Below are positions 1-8,100 of a DNA stretch of 32,000 nt, one piece after another. Under the pieces are notes generated by a model, which was given only the letters and a program-made list of their open reading frames with translations, was not told the DNA's origin and did no database searches. This stretch comes from an uncultured Chloroflexia bacterium. GTDB taxonomy: Bacteria; Chloroflexota; Ktedonobacteria; Ktedonobacterales; JADMIN01. Positions within the stretch are counted from its first letter, which is position 1. Each line of letters starts with the position of its first letter. The stretch spans positions 750,001 to 782,000 of the forward strand of contig CAVRAI010000003.1 of NCBI GenBank assembly GCA_963718915.1. The letters run 5' to 3'. A program made the translations under genes and the position numbers.

Positions 1-231
1 CACCAAATGATGGATGATCGCGGTGTCAGCGATCTACCGAGAGCCAATGTGACCCACCATGAAGCCGGAGATTCCGTGCGGACGGTCCTGCTGAGTAAGG
101 GCATCGTGCCAGAGCAACTTCCTACACCACGGAAGAGCTTTCAACAGCTCTTGCGAGAGGAAGAAGCACGCCAACGCATCCTCGCTGAAGATCGACTTGG
201 CCTATGGGGTGACGCTGAGGAAACGGAGTAG
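1..231 (+). CDS. 3' end of a DinD-like (DNA-damage-inducible protein D family) gene, truncated by the window edge
   Basis: Frame 1 is open from base 1. The tail ...THHEAGDSVRTVLLSKGIVPEQLPTPRKSFQQL... parallels the C-terminus of the second DinD-like gene in this window (...AHHVVGREVRETIARLGGTMPEDLPTPEQSIQQL...). It also parallels the E. coli DinD C-terminal motif as I recall it. Confidence 0.6.
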   Translation, partial: HQMMDDRGVSDLPRANVTHHEAGDSVRTVLLSKGIVPEQLPTPRKSFQQLLREEEARQRILAEDRLGLWGDAEETE

Positions 232-265
232 CGAGGCCGCAGGAATCGAGGCGAGGTGTGTGACT

Positions 266-493
266 TCACCCAGCACTCTCTGACTCATCATCCCACTTGC
301 AGGGAGTGGTAGGGCCGTTTTTCGCTTCCTGTATCAGTTCATCCAGGAATGCGTCTGATTCGGGCGATTCCAGCAGCGCGTCCCAGCGGGCGTCGGCTAG
401 CCACGACTCGATCTGCGCGGCCAGCGCTTCCTGCGCCTCGGGCGAGAGTGTGGCGGCTTCATTTATCGCGGCTTGCAGTTTCTCGTTCAGCAT
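266..493 (-). CDS. small acidic helical protein, antitoxin-like (hypothetical)
   Basis: 75-aa ORF with a GGGAGG SD just upstream of the ATG. The ...LSPEAQEALAAQIE... helix resembles short addiction-module-type proteins and the ORF at 15103-15336. No partner toxin ORF is present. It lies 52 nt downstream of the VWA gene on the same strand. Confidence 0.45.
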   Translation of the reverse strand: MLNEKLQAAINEAATLSPEAQEALAAQIESWLADARWDALLESPESDAFLDELIQEAKNGPTTPCKWDDESESAG

Positions 494-545
494 CGGTAGC
501 CTCCCTTCAGTGCTACCGCTAGCATATCACGCCGCGCATCCACAC

Positions 546-1718
546 TCATCTCTCGGCGCGAGCGGTCACGATGTCATTGCGCGCCGCCCAGAGACTGAGG
601 TCGCGCTTCTGGATCGTCGCCGCCATCAGGTCGGGGAAGAGGTCGGGCGTGCAGGCGAACGACGGGATGCCGAGCGAGGCGAGCGTCGCCGCGTTGCGCT
701 GGTCGAAGCTGGGCGCGCCCTTATCGCTGAGCGCCAGCAGGCAGACCATCTGCACGCCACTCGCCGCGATCTCGCCCGCACGCCGCAGCATCTCTTGCGT
801 GTTGCCGCCCTCATAGAGGTCGGTTATCAGCACCAGAATGGTCTGCGCCGGGCGCGTGATAATCTGCTGGCAGTAGGCGAGCGCGCGGTTGATATCGGTG
901 CCGCCGCCCAGTTGCGTGCCAAAGAGCAGGTCTACCGGGTCCTGCAAATCCTCGGTCAGATCCACCACCGACGTATCGAAGACGACCATGCGCGTGCTGA
1001 CGGCGCGAATCGAGGCGAGCACCGCGCCGAAGATGCCCGCATAGACCACCGACGAGGCCATCGAGCCGCTCTGGTCCACGCACAGCACGATGTCGCGCAG
1101 GGCCGAGCGCTTGTGGCCGTAGCCGACAAGCTTCTCGGCGATGATCGTGCCACGGTCGCGCTGGTAGTTCTTCAGGTTGGCGCGGATGGTGCGATGCCAG
1201 TCAATCTCGTTGGCGCGGGGACGGTACGAGCGCGTGGCGCGGTTCAGGCTGCCACGGATCGCCTGCTGCATCGGGCTGGCCAGCTTGCGCTCCAGCTCCT
1301 CGACGACCTTGCGCACGACCGCCCGCGCCGTATCCTTGGTCTTGTCGGGTATGACGTGGCTGAGCGAGAGCAGCGTCGCCACCAGATGCACGTCGGCGTC
1401 CACCTGCTCCAGCATCTCCGGCTGGAGCAGCATCTGTGTCAGGTTGAGCCGCTCTAGCGCGTCCTGCTGCATCACGCGCACCGCCGTCGAGGGGAAATAG
1501 GTGCGGATGTCGCCCAGCCAGCGCGTGACGTTCGGCGATGAGCCGCCCAGGCCAGCTGACCGCTCGCCGTCGTAGAGCGCCGCAAGCACGTCATCCATGC
1601 CACGATCCACACCCACCAGCGCGCCTGTGCCCAGGCTTTCCTGCGCCGGGCCGCCGAGCGCCAACCGCCAGCGTCGCAGCCGCTCGTCTTCTATCGGATC
1701 AGTGATTGGTGTCGTCAT
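546..1718 (-). CDS. VWA domain protein, CoxE-like (MIDAS-containing)
   Basis: 390-aa ORF with a MIDAS motif in ...IVLCVDQSGSMASS... and a later ...ILVLITDLYEGG... VWA core strand. The ~200-aa N-terminal region resembles CoxE-type VWA proteins. The start overlaps the upstream gene by 20 nt. Confidence 0.85.
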   Translation of the reverse strand: MTTPITDPIEDERLRRWRLALGGPAQESLGTGALVGVDRGMDDVLAALYDGERSAGLGGSSPNVTRWLGDIRTYFPSTAVRVMQQDALERLNLTQMLLQPEMLEQVDADVHLVATLLSLSHVIPDKTKDTARAVVRKVVEELERKLASPMQQAIRGSLNRATRSYRPRANEIDWHRTIRANLKNYQRDRGTIIAEKLVGYGHKRSALRDIVLCVDQSGSMASSVVYAGIFGAVLASIRAVSTRMVVFDTSVVDLTEDLQDPVDLLFGTQLGGGTDINRALAYCQQIITRPAQTILVLITDLYEGGNTQEMLRRAGEIAASGVQMVCLLALSDKGAPSFDQRNAATLASLGIPSFACTPDLFPDLMAATIQKRDLSLWAARNDIVTARAER

Positions 1719-4014
1719 AGCTCACCCCCAAAATCCGCGCCAGCACCGGCAAGACCTGTCGTGCGCGCTCCTCGACCACCGCGCCTGTGGTATCGGTCGC
1801 CACAGCGGCGGCGGCGTGATGGAGATTCTTTACCTTCTCACCCATCGTCTGGCGGGCGGGGGCCTCGAAATCGCTGAAGGCGCGCCGTAAGAGCGGCAAG
1901 AGCGCCACGAACGTCTCGCCATCGAGCGCGGCCAGCCAGCCATCCAGCGCCAGCCAGAGGCCATCCTGCGCCATCATCATCTGCGCGCCGCCACGGAGCA
2001 CCCCCGCCACCCATGCGGCGGCCTCCGGCGCGGGTACCGCGGGCGAGAGGGTTAGCCCGGCCAGGCGGCGTAGCTCCTCCGTATCCACCACACCTTTTTC
2101 CAGCAATAAGCGGCAGCAGCGGCCACGCACCAGCCCGTGTACGCCGTCGCGCTCCATCACGACACGCAGCGCGCCCTGCCACGCCAGGCGCAGGTCGTCG
2201 CGCTGCAACATATCCATCGCCTGGTGCGCGCGTTCGATGCTCTCGATCATCTCATTGGCCGCGTCATCATCCAGCGAGGCGCAGGCCACCGGCAGCCCCA
2301 CGACGATACGGGCGTAGAGGTTATCCACGACCGGGAGCACTCGCTCGGCCCGCGTGCCGCGCACGTCGCCGTAGCGCGCGACCCTGGCGAGCGGCGGCGT
2401 GGCGTCCATCAGGCGGCGCACGTCGGCGGAGACCGCTGCCCGCGCCTGAATGTGCGTCAGCAGGTCATCCACCGCGCCGGGCAGATCGGCCAGCATCGCG
2501 CGATCCAGCAGCTCGGTCAGCTCGGCCAGATGGTCCGCTTTGGCGGCGGCGGCGCGGACGGCGGCGGTGGCGGCGGCCTCGATGGTGTTGCCCCAGATGT
2601 TCGCCTCGATAATCTTGACGGCGAACTCAGGCTGCCACTGTAGCCGCCAGTTCTCATGGAAGGTGCCGAGTACTCTCCCGGTGTACTGCTGTTCACCCCA
2701 TTCGATATTCAGCAGCCGCAGCGCATGCAGCAACTTGCTCCGCTCGCGGTCGTTGTCATTGCGCAGATCGAGGTCATAGTCCTTGAAATCCGCGTTTGCT
2801 GGCAGGCGCAGGCGTCGCTGGCGGGCCTCCAGGTCGCGCTGGAGCGGGACGGCGGGTGTCTCTGGCGGCACCTCGCCCATATGCTCGCCAATCTCCAGCT
2901 TCTCGCGAATCAGTGTCATCGGCGCCTCGTCGCCATTGCAGAGCACGGTGAGCGTCGCTTCGTGCATCTCATCCAGCCCCGGCATCGGCAGATCGCGCAT
3001 GGCCGCCAGCGCCTCGGTCAGCCGCACCGCCTCGATCACGCTGGCGCTGGAGACATCCAGGCCCTCGCTCCGCAGCAGGCGGGCCGCCCGCGACATCCAG
3101 CGAACGCCCATCCGGTCGGTGGTCGTCCAGAGGTGCTCGTACCAGCCGGGCGAACCGACGCCCGCGCCATAGCCACTGCGCCAGGAAAGCCGCGAGTTCG
3201 TCCACGGAATCCAGGTCGCCGCCACCTTCGTGCGCGGCAGTTTGCTCAGCAGCGCGGCGTCGCCCTTCATATCGTCGCGTTGCGCCAGCGCGGGAGTATG
3301 CCATGCGCCGCAGACAACGGCGATCCGGCTGAATCCCTCGCCCTCCGCCGTGCGGATGCCCTGGCGCATATGGGCCTCACGCAGCGCCTCTTCCTCGTCC
3401 TTGGGTGTCAGGTCGCTGCGGAGCGCGGTCATCGCCTCCAGGATGCCGTCGAAGAGGTCGTTGGCATTCTGGCGCTGCTCGATCTGGCGCTCCCACCACA
3501 GTTCGTGGTCGCTATAGCCCGCCGCTTCCGCTAGCATCGCCAGCGGATCATCACGCATGGCTGGCGCGTCGGTTGTCGGCGCCTCAGGCACGGCCTCGGC
3601 GACCAGATCAACGGCGCTATCAGCGACTGGAAGCCGCTCCGGCTCGTCCGTCTTGTCGGGCGCTTCTGGCGCGTCGGATACTTCGTCGGCTGCTTCCTGC
3701 GCCAGCCGCACCGCCTGCGGCAGATCAATGAAGCGCGCGGGAATATTGTGGGCCTGCGCGAAGCTCATTGCCTGCCACTCCGGCGAGAAAGTGGTGAAGG
3801 GATAGTAGACGGCGCGCGCGGGCGCATCGGGCGCGTAGATCAGCAGCGCGACCGGTGGCTTCATCGCCGGGTGCGTCAGCAGCGACAGCACCGCATGCGC
3901 GTCGGGTGGGCCTTCCACCAGCACAATATCCGGTTCGAGCCGTTCGAGCGCCTCGCGTAGCGCCCGCGCGCAGCCCGGCCCATGGTGGCGAATGCCAAAG
4001 ATGTGAGTGGTCAC
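1699..4014 (-). CDS. large uncharacterised protein, DUF5682-like
   Basis: 771-aa ORF. Its GTG start lies 12 nt after the ATPase stop, with a GAGGA SD. The N-terminus MTTHIFGIRHHGPGCARALREALERLEPDIVLVEGPPDA matches my recollection of DUF5682 N-termini. I see no other motif I can name. Confidence 0.7.
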   Translation of the reverse strand: MTTHIFGIRHHGPGCARALREALERLEPDIVLVEGPPDAHAVLSLLTHPAMKPPVALLIYAPDAPARAVYYPFTTFSPEWQAMSFAQAHNIPARFIDLPQAVRLAQEAADEVSDAPEAPDKTDEPERLPVADSAVDLVAEAVPEAPTTDAPAMRDDPLAMLAEAAGYSDHELWWERQIEQRQNANDLFDGILEAMTALRSDLTPKDEEEALREAHMRQGIRTAEGEGFSRIAVVCGAWHTPALAQRDDMKGDAALLSKLPRTKVAATWIPWTNSRLSWRSGYGAGVGSPGWYEHLWTTTDRMGVRWMSRAARLLRSEGLDVSSASVIEAVRLTEALAAMRDLPMPGLDEMHEATLTVLCNGDEAPMTLIREKLEIGEHMGEVPPETPAVPLQRDLEARQRRLRLPANADFKDYDLDLRNDNDRERSKLLHALRLLNIEWGEQQYTGRVLGTFHENWRLQWQPEFAVKIIEANIWGNTIEAAATAAVRAAAAKADHLAELTELLDRAMLADLPGAVDDLLTHIQARAAVSADVRRLMDATPPLARVARYGDVRGTRAERVLPVVDNLYARIVVGLPVACASLDDDAANEMIESIERAHQAMDMLQRDDLRLAWQGALRVVMERDGVHGLVRGRCCRLLLEKGVVDTEELRRLAGLTLSPAVPAPEAAAWVAGVLRGGAQMMMAQDGLWLALDGWLAALDGETFVALLPLLRRAFSDFEAPARQTMGEKVKNLHHAAAAVATDTTGAVVEERARQVLPVLARILGVSYDDTNH

Positions 4015-4026
4015 GGCGGCACGTCC

Positions 4027-6396
4027 TCAGATTACTTCGTGGCAGGCCCGATAGAAGTCTTTCCATCCATTGCGGTCCTTGACCACCGTCTGCAGATACT
4101 CCAGCCAGACGATACGATCCTGCACCGGGTCTTTGATGATCGCGCCGGTCAGCCCGGCGGCCAGATCACCCGCATGCATCGCGCCATCGCCATAGTAGGC
4201 GGCCATCGCCAATCCGTTGGTCATCACCGAGATGGCCTCGGCGGTAGAGAGCGTGCCAGAGGGCGACTTCAGTTTGGTCTTGCCGTCAGATGTTACACCA
4301 TCGCGCAGTTCGCGGAAGACTGTGACCACCCGGCGAATCTCCTCGAGCGCGGGCTTCTCGGCGGGCAGTTCCAGCGCGCGGCCAAGTTGCGCCACGCGGC
4401 GATCCACAATCTCCACCTCTTCATCCATGGTCGCGGGCAGCGGCAGCACGACCGTATTGAAGCGGCGCATCAACGCGCTCGATAGCTCGTTAACGCCCTT
4501 ATCGCGGTTATTGGCGGTCGCGATGACGTTAAAGCCCTTCCGCGCCTGCGCCTCTGTATTCAGTTCGGGCACGGGCAGTGTCTTCTCGGAGAGGATGGTA
4601 ATCAGCGTATCCTGCACCTCGGCGGGGATGCGGGTCAACTCCTCGATACGCGCCAGCCGCCCCTCACGCATCGCCCGCATCATCGGGCTGACTACCAGCG
4701 CCTCCGCCGACGGCCCCTCCACCAGCAGCCGCGCATAATTCCAGCCATAGCGGATGGCCGACTCGTCGGTGCCCGCGGTCCCCTGGATCATCAGCGTCGA
4801 GTCGCCCGTGATGGCGGCGGCCAGATGCTCAGAAACCCAACTGTTGTGGATGATGATGTCGTTGGCCACGAAATTGTGGGTATCAGCCATGCTCAAGTCA
4901 TACACCTGATGATCGCCAATCGGCTCAATCGAGACAATGGTATCCCAATAGATGGCGCTCTCGGCGAGTTGACGAAGTTCCTCGTTACGAGTAAGCGCCG
5001 CAAGGCGCATTAAGCGTGACCGCGAAATGCTTTGATGCGGACGAGCCGAAGCCTTAGCAGTCATCTTACGCTGATTTATATCGGCTTGTAGCAACATTCC
5101 TACACTGCTGTATCCTGAGCCAACGGCGGCGCTTTGGAGACGCACCCATATCTGTTGGGGAATTGTATCCAGATTGGGGTTGACCAATCCTCTAAAGGAC
5201 TCTAAATGGGCGTTAGCTTCTTGGATGTATTTGCGCCCCAAGAGTCCAATCTCGTTCAGGAAAATCCTACACTGCCCTGTTCCATGAATGAAGAGCCGGT
5301 AGTGTCCGCTAGACAAATGGCGGACACGTGAGTTGATGCCGAAGCGCAACAGCAAATGCTGCACGTCTCGTATCAATCGTTTCGATTTGCTCGCGTAATC
5401 AATGGTGACTTGTTTCTTGGGAGTGTTGCGCATGTGGAGGAATCCATCGCCACTGAACAAGCGATTAAGGAAGAGCGCCACTTGTCTTCTGGGCAACATG
5501 AAAACCAAATCGGGAATGAATTTGGTTCCTGAGTTCGTACCCATTAGCCCCAACTCTCGAAGCCATTGGGTGCATGGGTTTTGGAATTTGCCCCCACCTC
5601 CACGTTGTTGCCTTGAAACACTGCAAGTTCTGCCATCGGGATACCAGTGCGCTTGAAGGTCGGGAAAGGCTTCGGTGACCGCCTTACTGAAGTCATCCTT
5701 CATATCAAGATTGGTATTAGTAAAGTAAGGCAGTTCCTGAGTGAGCGTGCCTTCAGCAAGCAGATGAGCGAGCAATTTGACGTGCGCGTCACTTATCTTT
5801 GCTATTCCGAAATACGGCATCGATCGAGGAACCGCGATTCTGTTGCCCACCTCAAGTTTCTCGAGCGGACGCCAACCATCTATGGTAAGGAAGGGATGGT
5901 TGAGTGTCACCTCGATTTCCCGCCCCAAGTGGGTTGTAACGCGATAGCACGGGCGAATGCCGTTATCCACGTAGTCACTGGGAGCTTGTGATTTGAGCTG
6001 ATACTCGGGGTTTAAGGAGGCCACTTCAATGTTACGTGTTCTGCATGCTTCGGCGATGGTTACTCGTCTTCCAGTCCGCGTATCCAGTACCAGAGCGTCA
6101 TGTTTTACACACTTGGCGGTCCCCGGCAGCCCGTAGAGCAGCAGGGCGCGGTCGGTGGCGAGGGTGGCGACGGCGATCTCGATCAGGCGGGCGTTGCCAA
6201 TATATTTGGGCGAGATGGTGAAGCCGCTATCCAGTTTGCCGCCAAGCAGGTAGGTGCGCACGGCCCAGGGGGAAAGCGTCCAGTTGGGCGGACGCTGGCG
6301 GTCATCCACGCGCGCCAACTCGGCCAACTCTTCGGCGAATTGCTGCTCGGCGTGCTGGCGCAGGACGGCATCGTTGACGATGTTCTCAGAGGCCAT
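4027..6396 (-). CDS. AAA_5 / MoxR-type AAA+ ATPase, interrupted by an intein (precursor 789 aa, predicted spliced product 366 aa)
   Basis: Removing aa 96-518 restores Walker A as GLPGTAK|S. The downstream segments ...GRLARIEELTRIPAEVQDTLITILSEKTLPVPE... and ...FNVIATANNRDKGVNELSSALMRRF... are typical of MoxR/dynein-related AAA_5 ATPases. Confidence 0.9.
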   Translation of the reverse strand: MASENIVNDAVLRQHAEQQFAEELAELARVDDRQRPPNWTLSPWAVRTYLLGGKLDSGFTISPKYIGNARLIEIAVATLATDRALLLYGLPGTAKCVKHDALVLDTRTGRRVTIAEACRTRNIEVASLNPEYQLKSQAPSDYVDNGIRPCYRVTTHLGREIEVTLNHPFLTIDGWRPLEKLEVGNRIAVPRSMPYFGIAKISDAHVKLLAHLLAEGTLTQELPYFTNTNLDMKDDFSKAVTEAFPDLQAHWYPDGRTCSVSRQQRGGGGKFQNPCTQWLRELGLMGTNSGTKFIPDLVFMLPRRQVALFLNRLFSGDGFLHMRNTPKKQVTIDYASKSKRLIRDVQHLLLRFGINSRVRHLSSGHYRLFIHGTGQCRIFLNEIGLLGRKYIQEANAHLESFRGLVNPNLDTIPQQIWVRLQSAAVGSGYSSVGMLLQADINQRKMTAKASARPHQSISRSRLMRLAALTRNEELRQLAESAIYWDTIVSIEPIGDHQVYDLSMADTHNFVANDIIIHNSWVSEHLAAAITGDSTLMIQGTAGTDESAIRYGWNYARLLVEGPSAEALVVSPMMRAMREGRLARIEELTRIPAEVQDTLITILSEKTLPVPELNTEAQARKGFNVIATANNRDKGVNELSSALMRRFNTVVLPLPATMDEEVEIVDRRVAQLGRALELPAEKPALEEIRRVVTVFRELRDGVTSDGKTKLKSPSGTLSTAEAISVMTNGLAMAAYYGDGAMHAGDLAAGLTGAIIKDPVQDRIVWLEYLQTVVKDRNGWKDFYRACHEVI
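4843..6111 (-). mobile_element. 423-aa intein with LAGLIDADG homing-endonuclease domain, inserted in the Walker A P-loop
   Basis: Cys96 (tgt, 6109-6111) follows the Walker A Lys directly. Block B is TLNHPF. The two LAGLIDADG-type motifs are LLAHLLAEGTL and LNRLFSGDGFL. Blocks F/G read VYDLSMADTHNFVANDIIIHN, ending at Asn518 (aac, 4843-4845), followed by +1 Ser (agt, 4840-4842). GC is visibly lower than in the flanking extein DNA. Confidence 0.85.
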
Positions 6397-6522
6397 GGTA
6401 CTTCAATCTCCTCACATCAATTACGCGCGGGTTTACTCATAGGGCACGGTGGGTAGTTGGCCACGTTCGCGGCATGAATGCCGCGTCTAATCCTGACCGT
6501 ACCATACTCTTTCGATGGCAGG

Positions 6523-8100
6523 CTACGGCGCGCTCGCGCCCGGAATCTCGTCGCGGATGCGCTGGCGCTGGCGCACCGCCTTCAGGAACTGGTCGTGCTG
6601 CTCGCGCCACGTGACCGCCTGCCATCGGTTGTTGTTGTACTCGCCCATCTCCCAGGGCGAGAGCGCCTCGTCGAGGCATTCCGCTGGCAGGAGGGTCGCG
6701 TGTTCATCTGAGCATTCGCGCCAGTCGGGGGCGTAGCTCTTCAGCGACGCCAGTTCGTCGCGGGCGAAGGCGCGCAGACCCGCGAGCCATGCGCGCGCCA
6801 GCTCGACGCTCCATGGGCGAGGTAGAGCCGCCATCAGTGTATCCCACGCGATATCCTGCTTCGATTCGCCGTCCCGCAGGATTTTCAGCGCCATCGTCTC
6901 CAAGGCGGACTGTGGCAGCTTTGGCAGCAGTAACTCGCACATCTCCAGCGGCGCCACGCCACCGCTGGCGCGCTTGCCAAGCCGTTTGCTCCATGCCTCC
7001 ACCAGTGGCTGGACCCAGTGACTCGCATCATAGAGCACAGTGGCGCGTGACCAGCCCTCCAGGATTTCGACGCCATGCTCGTCGGTCGCGGCGGCGATCA
7101 GGTCGGCAGGCGACATCCCAAACCGCTCGACCCAGTGCGCGGGCGGTGTCACCGCGACGATCTGCATCAGCCACCACGAGCGCTCGCCCATCCCCTGTCG
7201 CGGCTTTGCCACGATGCCATCGCGCTCCCAGCTTTTCTCATGCGCCTCGGGCAGTGTCGTCGCCAGCTTCTTCTTGCCCATAGTCAGCAGCATATCGGCG
7301 CGAGCAATGGCGCGGGCCTGAAACGCCGAGCCGGGAATCCGCGCCAGTAGCCGCTGCGCCACGGCGCGCACGTTGCCGCTACGGTCGTCCAGCGCGGTTT
7401 CGAGCAGTTGCTCGTCAACGGCGGAGAGATTATTGGCCAGCGCCTCGACCAGTTCAGCGCGGAAATCGGCCTTCTCCTGCCGCCAGACCGCTGCGATCTC
7501 GTCGCGCGCCTTCGCCGGATCGGTGGATCGCCAGTGCGCCAGCATTTGCAGACGGTCAGCGGATGCGCCCTCCTGCCAGACGGCGTCGGCGTCGGCAGGC
7601 ATCTCATCGAGGCGATGTGTCAGGGAGTCGCGCACCCATGACCAGGCGCTATTGAAGCCGCCGAGCCACGCGCCACGCTCGCCCGCCACCTGCGCCATCA
7701 GCGGACGCTGCGCCACCGTCGCGCCGCCCAGCGCCAGCGGCAGCATCTCCGGCGGCAGAATCAGTCCAGCGGCAATCATGCGCTCCAGCGCCTCACGCAG
7801 CAGATCATTCGAGCGCGCGGTGAGCAACTGCTGTATCAGGTCGGCGACGTGCGCCGGGCAGACCGTTTTTGTTTCGGCGGGCGCAGGCTCCAGCGGCGCA
7901 TCCAGCCGTTCCGGCGCGTAGCCCGCCAGACCATAGATGGCGCGCGCACCGGCAGCCAGCAACAGCCGCTGCTCGATGTTGACATCCGCGAGTGGCCCCA
8001 CCAGCGATCCCTCAGGGGTGGCGAGGGCCAGCGCCTCATCCAGCGGGGCGCGGGCGGAGCCAACCAGCGCGGCGTTTGTGATGCGATCCATGCTGCCCAT
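6523..8100 (-). CDS. Ala/Leu-rich helical protein, DUF5691-like (uncharacterised)
   Basis: 525-aa ORF. Its ATG abuts the SWIM gene stop (8100/8101), with a GGGGAGGA SD. The composition suggests an all-helical repeat protein. The family assignment is from memory of this gene order and is unverified. Confidence 0.6.
   Translation of the reverse strand: MGSMDRITNAALVGSARAPLDEALALATPEGSLVGPLADVNIEQRLLLAAGARAIYGLAGYAPERLDAPLEPAPAETKTVCPAHVADLIQQLLTARSNDLLREALERMIAAGLILPPEMLPLALGGATVAQRPLMAQVAGERGAWLGGFNSAWSWVRDSLTHRLDEMPADADAVWQEGASADRLQMLAHWRSTDPAKARDEIAAVWRQEKADFRAELVEALANNLSAVDEQLLETALDDRSGNVRAVAQRLLARIPGSAFQARAIARADMLLTMGKKKLATTLPEAHEKSWERDGIVAKPRQGMGERSWWLMQIVAVTPPAHWVERFGMSPADLIAAATDEHGVEILEGWSRATVLYDASHWVQPLVEAWSKRLGKRASGGVAPLEMCELLLPKLPQSALETMALKILRDGESKQDIAWDTLMAALPRPWSVELARAWLAGLRAFARDELASLKSYAPDWRECSDEHATLLPAECLDEALSPWEMGEYNNNRWQAVTWREQHDQFLKAVRQRQRIRDEIPGASAP

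Noticed and set aside
297-1457. 386-aa plus-strand ORF antisense to the VWA gene. Similar long antisense ORFs occur at 2013-2612, 2137-2643, 2656-3534, 7849-8628, 8692-9369, 11189-12094 and 16119-16781.
   Set aside because: They are Arg/Ala/Gly/Pro-rich low-complexity translations lying opposite genes with clear family motifs. This is typical GC-driven shadow ORF behaviour. They have no SD and no recognisable domains.
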